This document shows, in pieces, positions 11,304 to 22,598 of a stretch of 64,000 bases of DNA. The stretch's first letter is position 1, and every line of letters begins with the position of its first letter. The stretch comes from Octopus sinensis. Its lineage: Eukaryota. The stretch spans positions 3,906,001 to 3,970,000 of the forward strand of contig NC_043000.1 in the NCBI RefSeq assembly GCF_006345805.1, written 5' to 3'. The notes beneath the pieces are model-generated. The model was not told the DNA's origin, searched no databases, and saw nothing but the letters and a program-made list of their open reading frames with translations. The position numbers were made by a program, and so were the translations under genes.

Positions 11304-13543
11304 TGAATTTTCACTAAAATTCTAATTTAAATATGAACAATAGAAATGGTTTGTATCATGGGATAAGGGATGGTAGTGGACTGGATAATATTGGAAGAAT
11401 CTCAGTTATTATTTAATTAACTCTTTCTTCTTCAACAATTAACAACTGATAGAATACCAGTGACTTGGTTGTATGTATATGACTAATCACGTTCTATTAC
11501 TCTTTGTTGTAGTAAAGTAAGCAATTCAATTGGACATGTTTATAATAAAGAGTTTATATGACTTTCAAATGCAGCAACAGTATTTCTAAAGAAAAAAATA
11601 TATACAATTATGGTTTAATATTCCTCATTCATACTCTTCAAAACAGAATAACAGAGTGGGTGGTAGTAGTTGAAGTTTGGTTTTTGTTTGCTCTGTGTCG
11701 AAGTACTATTTGAATTTAACACTCTGGATTAAACAAAGCAGTATTTAGTGCTGTATCTTCATTAGCCGTCCAGTATGAGCAGGTTATACAATTATATGTG
11801 TTTAATTCCTCTCTCTTAGTTTATAATATTTCTGATAATGTTTCTATTTAGAGAAATATTGATATCTTACATCAGGGTGTCTCCAAAGTGGTCGATATCG
11901 CCCCCTAGGTGTCGTTGGGACTATTCAAGGGGTCGATAAATGCACATCTACTTAATTATTATTACCATTTATTTATTTTAAGGTGGTGAGCTGGCAGAAT
12001 CGTTAGCACGCCAGACGAAATGCTTAGCTGTATCTTGCCGGTTGCTACATTCTGAGTTCAAATTCCGCAGAGGTCAGCTTTGCCTTTCATCCTTGCTGGG
12101 TCGATAAATTAGGTACCAGTGAAACACTGGGGTCAGTGTAATTGACTAGTCCCCTTCCCTAAAATTTCAGGCCTTGTGCCTATAGTAGAAAGGATTATTT
12201 ATTTTCTTGTACAGTCGATGAGAGGTCAAGGATTCCATGAAGGAGTCGAGGGTCTAAAAACTCTGTCTTACATAGACACAAAGTCGCAGAATTTAAAGAA
12301 TTTAATCATTTAAATCAACACCAATATTTGACTGGTATGCATTTTATTAATCTTTGAAGATTATTAAACCAAGTTAGCCACTGTGGAATTTAAACTCAGA
12401 ACAGGAAAGGAATACAACAGAATACCACAAATTATCATTTTGCATTCTTCATTGTTCTCATATACAGATAAAAAACAAGACAACAAACTATGACTATTTT
12501 ATTCTTAGATTAAATGGATCTGTTCAATCTCAAGCTCAGATTTTCTAATTATTTTTTTTTTAACTAAGCAGTTTGAACCTTTGGGTGGTGGTTGAATGTG
12601 TCACGTAGAACATGGTTTACTCTTAGCGTTTTTGACAAAATTTTGTATTTTAGAAGTTATTTCGTGTTAAAGTTGTCGTATTTGGGTAATATCTCAGATA
12701 TTAAAGTATGATTATTATTGGGTTGTCAGATAAACTCGTTCATTTTTATCACTATGATAAAATTTTTTATCATAGTGGTATTTTTTTTACAGCTCTATTC
12801 TTCCTTTACATCTTTTGCTTATCATTTTTGCAATTTTAAATAATTTGAATAAATTTTACCTTATCATCATCATCATCGTTTAGCGTCCGCTTTCCATGCT
12901 GGCATGGGTTGAACGGTTCTACTGGGGTCTGTGAAGCCAGAAGGCTTCATCAGGCCCAGTCAAATCTGGCAGTGTTTCTACGGCTGGATGCCCTTCCTAA
13001 CGCCAACCACTCCGTGAGTGTAGTGGGTGCTTTTTACGTACCACCCGCACAGGTGCCAGACAGAGCTGGCAAACGGCCACGAACGGATGGTGCTTTTTAT
13101 GTGCCACCGGTACGAGGGCCAGGCGAGGCTGGCAACAAAGAAAAATCAATGGATTTTTCTGGCAATCCAATATCTTCTTAAATTCTTAGCTGGCTACAAG
13201 GGGGTGGTTGGGGAGGCTGTCCTCTCAACCAATGTGCTGCTGTGGGCCTGCTGGATTATATAGACTCTGGTGATGATGTTGTCCAATATAATTGCATTTG
13301 TGTGACTGATATTTGTCATTTATTCTGAGTTCTATGAAATATATCAGAAATGATATAGATGGAATTTACAAGAGCCCTCAATGAACATCTTTGGATAGAC
13401 ACATGTTGCTGATGGTATCTAATTATTTTATAATATAATTTTTGTTTTTTTTACTGGACTCATGGTTTCTTTGATACATTTCAAATTTGTCTTAAAGAAA
13501 ATGATTCCTTTTTAAATTCTTTTCCTTTTTTTCCTTTCTGCAG

Positions 13544-13609
13544 ATTGTACCAATCCGGGATTTGAATATCCTCAAAGAACCTAGAGGAATTATCAAACCT
13601 CTCCAATGG
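13544..13609 (+). CDS. Internal coding exon of a synaptophysin-family (MARVEL domain; SYP/SYNPR/SYPL-like) gene, equivalent to vertebrate SYP exon 2
   Basis: Strong acceptor (ttcttttcctttttttcctttctgcag) and donor (TGG|gtaagt). 66 nt, phase 0/0, encoding IVPIRDLNILKEPRGIIKPLQW, which matches the family motif (human SYP ...FRVVKEPLGFVKVLQW|). Flanking exons not found in the window; paralog identity cannot be assigned. Confidence 0.88.
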
Positions 13610-15120
13610 GTAAGTTATAATATTTGTATCTCTACTGATATGTAATGACTGGTAGACTTAGTCCCTCATTTAGTTTAACACCCCTATCAGACACTTGAAT
13701 CCCTTTTAGCAGAGTTCACCCTGTTATAAACATTTGGGTAAAGTCTCTGATCTGAGGATTGGTTCCCTCCATACTCTGTCCCCCATTTATTGAGGCCCTG
13801 GAATAGATGCTAGCCCAACAAGCTTTAAAAGAATTCCCCCCAAAAAACTGTACACAGAGAGACAAGCTGTAGTTATACCAGACTTCAAGAGGGGTGAAAC
13901 AACATACATATGTGTGTCTGTGTAAATATTTTCAATCAATGCAGCACATTAAATATAGATTGGTTGCATGTTCTAATCTATTTGTGACCTAACCACAGAT
14001 CAGATAACTGCAACTATGAGCATTTGAAATATAGATATGTATTTGTATTTTCTTTCAAATCCAATCAACTATCTTATGAAAGCTGATAATGAATTTTTTT
14101 GTTAATTTTATTTTCATTAAGTCATGATTCAGATTTTAATTTTACAAATTACAAAGTCATCATCATTTAACATCCATTTTCCATGCTAGCATGGGTTGGA
14201 CGGTTCGACCGGGATCTGGTAAGCTATGGAGGCTGCACCAGGCTCTAGTCTGATTTGGCAGTGTTTCTACAGCTGGATTCCCTTCCTAACGCCAACCACT
14301 CCGTGAGTGTAGTGGGTGTTTTTTTATGTGCTACCGGCACAGGGGCCAGGGCAGGCTGGCAAACGGCCATGATCGGTTGATGCTTTCACATGTCACCGAC
14401 ACGGATGACAGTCAGGCGGCGCTGGCATCTGCCACGTTCAGACAGTGCTTTTTACGCGTCACTGGCATGGGTGTCTTAACTACAATTTCCATTTGATTTT
14501 TATTTTGATGTTGATGTACTTGACTCAATAGGTCTTCTCAAGAACAGCAGGTCACTCTACGATCCAAGGTTAGCAAGTAACCAAATAAAATATTTTATTG
14601 TAGTTGGTATGGCACTGAAGTATACATCTTGCGGGGTTTAATACGTGATGTTTTAGACGAGTCTGAATATGTTTTACCAGCTAAGTAGTACTGAAATATT
14701 TATGCATCTTTCATTGTAAAACATATATTCTGTGAAAATCAACACATTTAGCTGCTGTCATTTTATCCAAGGGGCGTTGTGTCTTTCACCCAAAGCTGTG
14801 GAAAACTGTAAAAGAAGCAGCTTTAGATACAAACCTCACATACGACAGGAAGAAAACAATAGCAGTTGTTACTTTTTTTTTATATTCATTCTTTGACCCC
14901 TTTTGATAACTGAAAAAAAGTAAAAAATAAACAATGTTGATATTTAAATTAAAACTTTCCATCATAATCTTATGTAAAACATTTTATTTTACTAAATCCT
15001 TCCAATTTCTTGTTTGACTTCCCACAAAATTAATTGAAATACATAGACAAAGTTTTTCAATAGAAAAAAGTAAATATATCTTAGTGTCTGTTGTATATTT
15101 TATCCCATAACAAAATAAAT

Positions 15121-15326
15121 GCATATTCTGTTGGGTCTGGGGAGAGTCATTTTCTTTTTGTGCCTTATTATGTAACACACTCACCGGTAAAATTTCCACT
15201 TATTTCTTATTTTTATTTTCATTTTCCTTATCCTTTATTTCTTATTTTTATTTTATTTACCGGTGAGTGTGTTACATTATAAAGCACAAAAAGAAAATGA
15301 CTCTCCCCAGACACGACAGAATATGC
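15121..15326. repeat. Inverted repeat, about 70-bp arms around a T-rich spacer
   Basis: 15121-15191 pairs with 15256-15326 with a few mismatches. Confidence 0.9.
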
Positions 15327-15395
15327 TTCAACACACGAACTCATATAAAGAATCTTGCAAACCAAATCCACAAATGAAATAAAATAAATGCAGTT

Positions 15396-15760
15396 ATAAT
15401 AATAATAATAATAATTGTGTACAGTGCTCAGGTGCACTACAACTCATCTAAAGTGTATATATAATCAGGTGTAGTTTCGGCGGATTTCGGAAAGCATGAG
15501 AGCCTTAAAGGATGCAGAGTCATGGCAGTCAACAACTGACGCAGGCAGTTTATTCCATGCTTCAGCAACTCTGAGCGTGAAAAAATGTTTCCGAAAGTCA
15601 TGGGAGCTGTGTTGTTTTCTGACTTTGTAGGCATGTCCACGTGTGTTAGACACATGGAGATTAAAAAGGTGTTCAGTGTTGTTGTTGGTGAGGTGGTTAG
15701 GTGGTTATATGATCGCCATCGAGTTAATACTGAATGCAACATGCCCCTCAGTAATTTCAG
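15396..15760 (-). mobile_element. CR1-like LINE 3' fragment (related subfamily)
   Basis: SNTRGHAYKVRKQHSSHDFRKHFFTLRVAEAWNKLP and the same gtgcacctgagcactgt-(ATT)n tail. Confidence 0.85.
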
Positions 15761-16096
15761 AGACAGCTATTACCGATGAACTAGCTCATGATGTCTTCAA
15801 AGTTAAATACCATAATTTTACAATGCGTTCTTATTGTGCAGAAATCTTTATCAATTTTGCAATACTCTTAAAGCATAAAATCCGACCAGAGATCGTTGTT
15901 ATCACCCTTACATTTGAAAACTTTCGTTATTTTCATTAATATTATTGGGTTGACAAAATGACATGTGGTATTCACTTACTGCTCTTGTTCTGTGTTCAAA
16001 TCATGCCAAGGTCAATTTTGCTCTTGGTTTCAAATTTCTGACTTCATGCTTATGTAAGAAATTATCTTCATCGTATCCAATAAAGAAAACAAACAT

Positions 16097-16502
16097 AGGC
16101 GCAGGAGTGGCTGTGTGGTAAGTAGCTTGCTAACCAACCACATGGTTCCGGGTTCAGTCCCACTGCGTGGCATCTTGGGCAAGTGTCTTCTGCTATAGCC
16201 CCGAGCCGACCAATGCCTTGTGAGTGGATTTGGTAGACGGAAACTGAAAGAAGCCTGTCGTATATATGTATATATATATATGTGTTTGTTTGTGTGTCTG
16301 TGTTTGTTCCCCTAGTATTGCTTGACAACCGATGCTGGTGTGTTTATGTCCCCGTCACTTAGCGGTTCGGCAAAAAAGAGACCGATAGAATAAGTACTGG
16401 GCTTACAAAGAATAAGTCCCGGGGTCGAGTTGCTCGATTAAAGGCGGTGCTCCAGCATGGCCGCAGTCAAATGACTGAAACAAGTAAAAGAGAAAAAGAG
16501 AA
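16097..16502 (+). mobile_element. tRNA-derived CORE-type SINE (about 400 bp, internal (TA)n/(TG)n), reference copy; other + copies at about 6778-7172, 21659-22066, 31191-31565, 38670-38835 plus 39279-39460, 47946-48362, 54648-54972, 62868-63279
   Basis: A box gtggctgtgtggtaa, B box ggttcagtccc, CORE-like cttgggcaagtgtctt, tail ggcggtgctccagcatggccgcagtcaaatgactgaaacaagtaaaagag. Confidence 0.9.
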
Positions 16503-16647
16503 TATCACGGAGATGTAATTGCATAGCAAGTGACCTGATCTGAGATCGTGTGCTGGAATGAAAACAATTGCAGTGTGGAAGGTGTTTATAAGCCATTTAA
16601 AAAACACACAAAAACCGTTAGATTCACTTCAACATTTAAATTTAATT

Positions 16648-16694
16648 TGTCAAAATATTTTCGTCGCTTTGTGACCGCGACCTGTTCACTGACA
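16648..16694 (-). ncRNA. Minimal type I hammerhead-ribozyme fold with G3-C8 core variant, in a Penelope-like terminal repeat
   Basis: Minus strand reads tgtca GTGAACA g gtcgc-ggtcacaaa-gcgac GAA AATATT T tgaca: stem I tgtca/tgaca, stem II gtcgc/gcgac, GAAA, palindromic AATATT stem III, UH triplet end. Confidence 0.62.
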
Positions 16695-16703
16695 GCATGG
16701 AGT

Positions 16704-16754
16704 TTTGTCAGTGAACAGGTCGCGGTCTCAAAGTGAAGAAAATATTTTGACAAA
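16704..16754 (+). ncRNA. Second copy of the hammerhead-like motif, stem II mutated
   Basis: tttgtca GTGAACA ggtcgcggtctcaaagtgaa GAAAATATTT tgacaaa; the 3' strand of stem II is gtgaa instead of gcgac. Confidence 0.45.
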
Positions 16755-17297
16755 TTAAATTTAAATGTTCAAGTGAATCTAACGGCTTTTGTGTGTTTTT
16801 TTAAGGGCTTATAAACACCTTCCAAAATAAAAATATTATCAGTGAAAGACGTGTACTGCAAGTCAAGTAGCATTGCAATACAAGACTGGCAATATTTAGT
16901 TCTGTCTCTTTATGTTCTGAGTTCTAATCATGCCTTTGGCTTGATGAAATGTACATAATTAAATGTGCTGACAAGGCCAGATTCATTAACAATATCCTTT
17001 CTCTACAGATTTGTAGCCTTGTGTCAAAGTTAGAAGGCTTCAGGTCCATTTCCTTTTCCTTGTCATGAGCTCTGCCATAGTTTCTCTAATCAGTGTTGTG
17101 TTACACTGATTATAAATTTGAGTTATGATACACAGGTCATTCCACTACAACCATTGTAATATGATTTCTTTTGAAGAAGACCTCTGTCTCTCAAATCTTA
17201 GAATTCATTTCATGGCACTTATTGTTCTGAATCTTGTGTTATGTAAGAATGGTTTTAGTGTAGCAGTTTTGGTTGTTTGTAATGACAGTAATGGTAT

Positions 17298-17526
17298 TTA
17301 ACCCTTTAGCATTTATACCGGCCATATCCGGCCAAAAGTATTCTGCCTGTTTTATATTCAAACTGGCCAGATCTTGTCTCTCACACCAGCCCTACAATAT
17401 CATTTTAAAAATTAACAGCTACCTCATCAAAATCTCATAGCTCCAAGATAATGCCTGATTAGTTCAAACCAATGTGGATAAAAAAGGATTAATTTTGGCA
17501 GAATAATGCTAACACTAAAGGGTTAA
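17298..17526. mobile_element. piggyBac-type MITE, family B; further copies at about 22799-23012, 29306-29534, 43608-43810, 44539-45137 (interrupted), 53720-53947, 61990-62206, 62760-63366 (interrupted)
   Basis: TTAA|CCCTTTAGCATT ... CTAAAGGG|TTAA termini and a shared internal sequence among copies. Confidence 0.75.
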
Positions 17527-18204
17527 TTGTTATGATGTGAATTGTGTAACTTCAGATTAATGTTCAGAGTAAGTTTTTCTGGTGTTTTGTTAGGACTAAT
17601 GATGCACACAGATTTTGAATAAACAAATTGGTTTTCAGTTCATACCCAATGTCGATGTCTTAATATATGTTTTTGTAGCATTCTTGAACCTGTTCATACT
17701 CATTTTCATAGCTTTACGTCTATTTTTTTTTCATGCTTCAATTGATAGGACAGATCTTTTGCAACGCAGTGTCTTGCCACATGTTGTGGCTCTGTCTCTT
17801 CCTTCATTAGGTTCAGCGTCCCGAGATCAACTTTCACCAGTTCTGTCCTGTTCAATCTGGTGGAGGCACATGGATTAGTGGTGAGAGCACCGGTCTCGTG
17901 GTCGAGGGATTGCGGGTTCGAATCTCAGATTGGATGATGTGTGTGTTTATGAGCGAAACACCTGAGCTCCACCTGGCTCCGGCAGAAGGTAATAGCGAGC
18001 TTCTGCTGACTCTTTTGCCACAACTTTCTCTCACTCTTTCCTCCTGCATCTTGCAGCTCACCTGCGACAGGCCGGCGTCCTGTCCAGGTGGGGAACCTAT
18101 ACGCCAAGGAAACCGGGAAACCGGCCCTTATGGGCTAGGCGTGGCTCGAGAAGGAACAAACAAACAACAATACCAGTTCAATCAGCTGGTACTTCTTGTG
18201 CCTT

Positions 18205-18960
18205 TCATACATTACATGCATTGTGTATCCATATCACATTGGTCTTCTCTCTTGCACACTAACGCTAAATTTGATTCCTCTTGAATCCAGTTTCTCTCTC
18301 AGTTTATTTGTACTTTGATGTTGATGCACACGAACATTTTACATTCAACCTAGCCTGCTTGCTCATTTCTTTTTAGCCTTAACACATCCTCTACATTTAT
18401 TGCTAATGTTTCATTGCCATGCAGCATATCAAGTATGCTCCATACAGAAGCAGCACACAATCTGCCCTTCATTCAGAGACGGAATCCCATTGTTTCTAGC
18501 AGAGGAAACAGCTCTCTGGATGTTTTCCATTCTGTTCTGTACTGATTTCTAGGCTTTTGTAACACCCCACTCCATTATTGATTACCGTACCTCGAGTATA
18601 ATCTGCACTTTTTTCCTAAAATATAAAGGTCAAAATCCCTAGTGCGTACTATATACGAGGTAAAAAAAAGGACGTTACCGTATACATTTTTACAAACCAA
18701 GGACATTATATAGACCTCCTTGACTCAAGTTAGAGAAAGGGGGCCGTATTATACACAAGGTTTAGGTTTTTCAGAAGTATAGCCCCCTAAAAAAAACCTG
18801 CGTATTATACTCAAGGATTTACAGTATATTGCTTAGGTGATAGAAGTTATCAACCACTTCTAGGAAGCCTCTGAGTGTTTAAAAGAATTCATTTTAAGGG
18901 TACTTTTACTACTAAATATTCTTGTATGTCCACAGTGTCCTTCTCTGTCGGCCTGTGTTT
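18205..18960 (-). mobile_element. Decayed RTE-clade LINE fragment interrupted by a MITE
   Basis: Minus-strand remnants LEVVDNFYHLSN, WKTSRELFPLLETMG..KGRL, MLHGNETLAINVEDVLRLKRNE. Confidence 0.65.
18583..18826 (+). mobile_element. Shorter derivative of the 35441-35956 MITE
   Basis: Shares both ends with 35441-35956 and lacks the middle part. Confidence 0.75.
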
Positions 18961-20028
18961 AATCCCATATATAATTAATATTGGATACACTATATACACA
19001 TACATGGTTGATATTGGATACACCATATGCCATTCAAATATTCCTTTTCTACTTATTAAGAATGGTCATTTTCAAATTGGTAGTAGTGCCATGTCTCCTT
19101 TTCTGCTAAAACTTTTCTCTTTACTCGGTTCGTTCTAAGACCTCTTGATTTTGGGCATTATTCTGGGTTTCACATTTATTCTCTATTTATTTTATAAATC
19201 CAACTATGTGAACAAGGATGTTGGCATACAGAAATTATCATTGACAGTTGCTGGAGAACTCTAGTGAACAGGAGGTGATTGAGAACTAAGTTCAGTTGTC
19301 TCCCGTTATTGAAGTAGTCTGCAATTAGGCCCCAAAGAAATGCTCCATTTATTGATTTATTTTTGTCATTAGTCAATCTTGGAGATTACTGTTTACAGTT
19401 GTGTTGGATATGACCAGCCTTGAAATTTTGCATCTGACAAGAAAATCAGACTTTCTAGTGATGTTATGGTTGTTAGGTGTCTGTTTGCTGCATATGCACA
19501 CATACATGCATGTATGTGCTCATATATTTTCTTTCAATATTTGGCTCTTTCTTTCCCACACAAAAACTATGGGCTAACAGATCACCTAAGTTTTAACAGT
19601 GTCAGTGTGTTCAAACTGAGTCAAACTGTGTATCCACAGAACAGCTCAGTTATAAATTGAAACAAAATGAAATCTAATTGTATATATGTTGTCAGTAGTT
19701 GATCATCAAGCTCTGTCAGAATTGCCCAGCTCTATCAAGAGAGTAACTGCAATGCATTCATGGTTGTGTAATCAATGATGGTGATAGTTATGGGAATCTG
19801 CAAAAGTAGGGCGACTGAAGAAGTAGACTATAGTTTGTACTTTTAAATACGGAGTGGCTGTGTGGTAAGTAGTTTACCCCCTGCCGGAGCCTCGTGGGGC
19901 TTTAGGTGTTTTTGCTCAATAAACACGCACAACGCCCGGTCTGGGTATCGAAACCGCGATCCTACGACCACGAGTCCGCTGCCCTAACCATTGGGCCTCC
20001 ACTTGCTGATGCTGTTCTGTGGGAGATA

Positions 20029-20427
20029 TCTTTATATATAAAAGTAAGATTGTGTGTCTGTCTCCTACGATTTAGATTCCTAACTACTCCCACATTTTGC
20101 GGTGCAGTTTAACCAAAACCGGGTATCTTATAGTCGTGATTCATATCGAGCCCTTCTGGGTATTAGCGCGCATCTACGATGAGTCTACGATTTAAAAAAA
20201 AATTTACCATAATTTTTTTTCCATTTTAATGCATTTTTTCGCTATTATATAAGGGAAGTAACTCTCTAAAAATGTCTACGATTAGTCAACGATTTAAAAA
20301 AAAATTTACCGTCATTTTCCCCCCATTTTTAATGCATTTTTTTGCTATTTTTTGGCTATAACTCTCTTAAAATGCTTATATAGTTATTTCCCTTACAAAC
20401 CCGAGCAACGCCGGGCGATACTGCTAG
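20029..20427 (+). mobile_element. Non-autonomous Helitron
   Basis: A|TCTTTATATATAAAAG ... cccgagcaacgccgggcgatactgCTAG|T. Confidence 0.88.
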
Positions 20428-20779
20428 TTAATGATAAAGAATAAAAAGTTTTGAAATATGCAACAATGCACTATAATATAGACAACGGGCTATATACACC
20501 CGTTGCAATTTAGTCATCCATAGTCTAATATGATATTCCGGAATAAAATTCCTTCAGATATTCTTAGATGGAGTCGCTGCTAGAATCGGTTCTTCTAACG
20601 GCTTTTCTTTCTTGTTTTGTGGAAGCGTCTCAGCAGTGGTCTCCCGATGCTCCTTCCGGAATTCCTCATGAGAAGTGTGTGAGGTTGGTCATATCTCAAT
20701 CTCGTGTGTGCTGGTACATCCGTAGCGCTGCTTCTAAGTTACGTAATTAAACGTGCAGCTTCCCCCCCCTTTTTTTAAA

Positions 20780-20814
<35 letters not shown>

Positions 20815-22529
20815 ATTTTATTTTGTTAGTTTATTCATAGCAGGTTGAACGGTAATTAAATAACATGGACAAGGGAAACAACCTTTATGGATTATTTGGC
20901 ATTTACAAATGTGTCTACCAAAGTTATCTACCTTTACCCCCATTTCGATATTTTGTGGCTGTTTTACACTCGTTAATTACATTTACTAAGATCGTAATCT
21001 CTTTACTCTTTTACTTGTTTCAGTCATTTGACTGCGGCCATGCTGGAGCACCGCCTTTAGTCGAGCATATCGACCCCGGGACTTATTCTTTGTAAGCCCA
21101 GTACTTATTCTATCGGTCTCTTTTGCCGAACCGCTAAGTGGCGGGGACGTAAACACACCAGCATCGGTTGTCAAGCAATGCTAGGGGGACAAACACAGAC
21201 ACACAAACACACACACACACATATACATACATATATACGACAGGCTTCTTTCAGTTTCCGTCTACCAAATCCACTCACAAGGCATTGGTCGGCCCGGGGC
21301 TATAGCAGAAGACACTTGCCCAAGATGCCACGCAGTGGGACTGAACCCGCAACCATGTGGTTGGTTAGCAAGCTACTTACCACACATACATTTAAATACA
21401 ATTTATAATGTCAGTTACTCTTTTATTTCAGATTGACATTATATAAGGTTTAATTTTGAAATACCTCATAATAAGCAACTCAAGTTAGTCAAAATGATAT
21501 TGTATTTCAATATATTTAAAGCAATTTCTTTCACAAGTGGCATACTGTGTAAAATGGGGTGTTGTTAATAAAGTTCATAATTTTTTTTTTTACTAAACTG
21601 TTTAAAATCCTATGCATAGTGATATACTCTCACGCGCATACACATGTATATAGATATAGACGCAGGAGTGGCTGTGTGGTAAGTAGCTTGTTTACCAACC
21701 ACATGGTTCCGGGTTCAGTCCCACTGTGTGGCACCTTGGGCAAGTGTCTTCTGCTATAACCTCGGGCCGACCAAAGCCTTGTGAGTGGATTTGGTAGACG
21801 GAAACTGAAAGAAGCCCGTCGTATATATGTATATATATGTATGTGCGTGTATGCTTGTGTGTCTGTGTTTGTCCCCCTAGCATTGCTTGACAACCGATGC
21901 TGGTGTGTTTATGTCCCCGTCACTTAGCGGTTCGGCAAAAAAGAGACCGGTAGAATAAGTACTGGGCTTACAAAAGAATAAGTCCCGGTCGAGTTGCTCG
22001 ACTAAAGGCGGTGCACCAGCATGGCCGCAGTCAAAATGACTGAAACAAGTACAAAAAAAAAAAGAGATATGTTTCAGTGTAAATACGAGAAGAACGTTAA
22101 AAACTCAGTGTAACCACATAACGAATCATCTTTCAATGTGTTTGTGTGGATATATGTACACACACACACACACTGATTTTCACATACACACACGCACAGG
22201 AAGTAAATGACTATAATACCTAAACTTTCGTCATACATATCTATACATACAGTGCTAAATTAATAATCTTTTTGCTTACCTGAGCTGGGTCACTACTTTT
22301 GGAGGATAGGTGTTCCCACTCTAGGTTACTCTTTTTTACTCTTTTACTTGTTTCAGTCATTTGACTGGGACCATGCTGCAGCACCGCCTTTAGTCGAGTA
22401 AATCGATCCCTGGACTTATTCTTTGTAAGCTTAGTACTTATTCTATAAGTCTCTTTTGCCGAACCGCTAAGTTATGGGGACGTAAACACACCAGCATCGG
22501 TTGTCAAGCGATGTTGGGGGGACACACAA

Positions 22530-22598
<69 letters not shown>

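Larger units (their letters stand above)
16505..16823. mobile_element. Penelope-like element remnant: two oppositely oriented truncated terminal repeats forming a palindrome
   Basis: About 120-bp inverted arms (16575-16694 and 16706-16823) carrying hammerhead-like motifs; the same sequence recurs at 9513-10003. No RT or GIY-YIG ORF seen, so the class is inferred from architecture. Confidence 0.6.

Noticed and set aside
11013-11306. Recurring ORF family (DRLLSVSVYQIHSQG / RRASFSFRLPNPLTR) suggesting a multigene family
   Set aside because: Antisense translations of the CORE-type SINE; they recur wherever the SINE does.
12750-12777. Short hairpins (also 9354-9369 and 17087-17112) as terminators or miRNAs
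   Set aside because: Stems of 8-13 bp in AT-rich intron; too short for pre-miRNA, and intrinsic terminators do not apply here.
17859-17935. tRNA genes at SINE heads (also 24519, 28529)
   Set aside because: A and B boxes are present but continue into SINE bodies without a complete cloverleaf or terminator.
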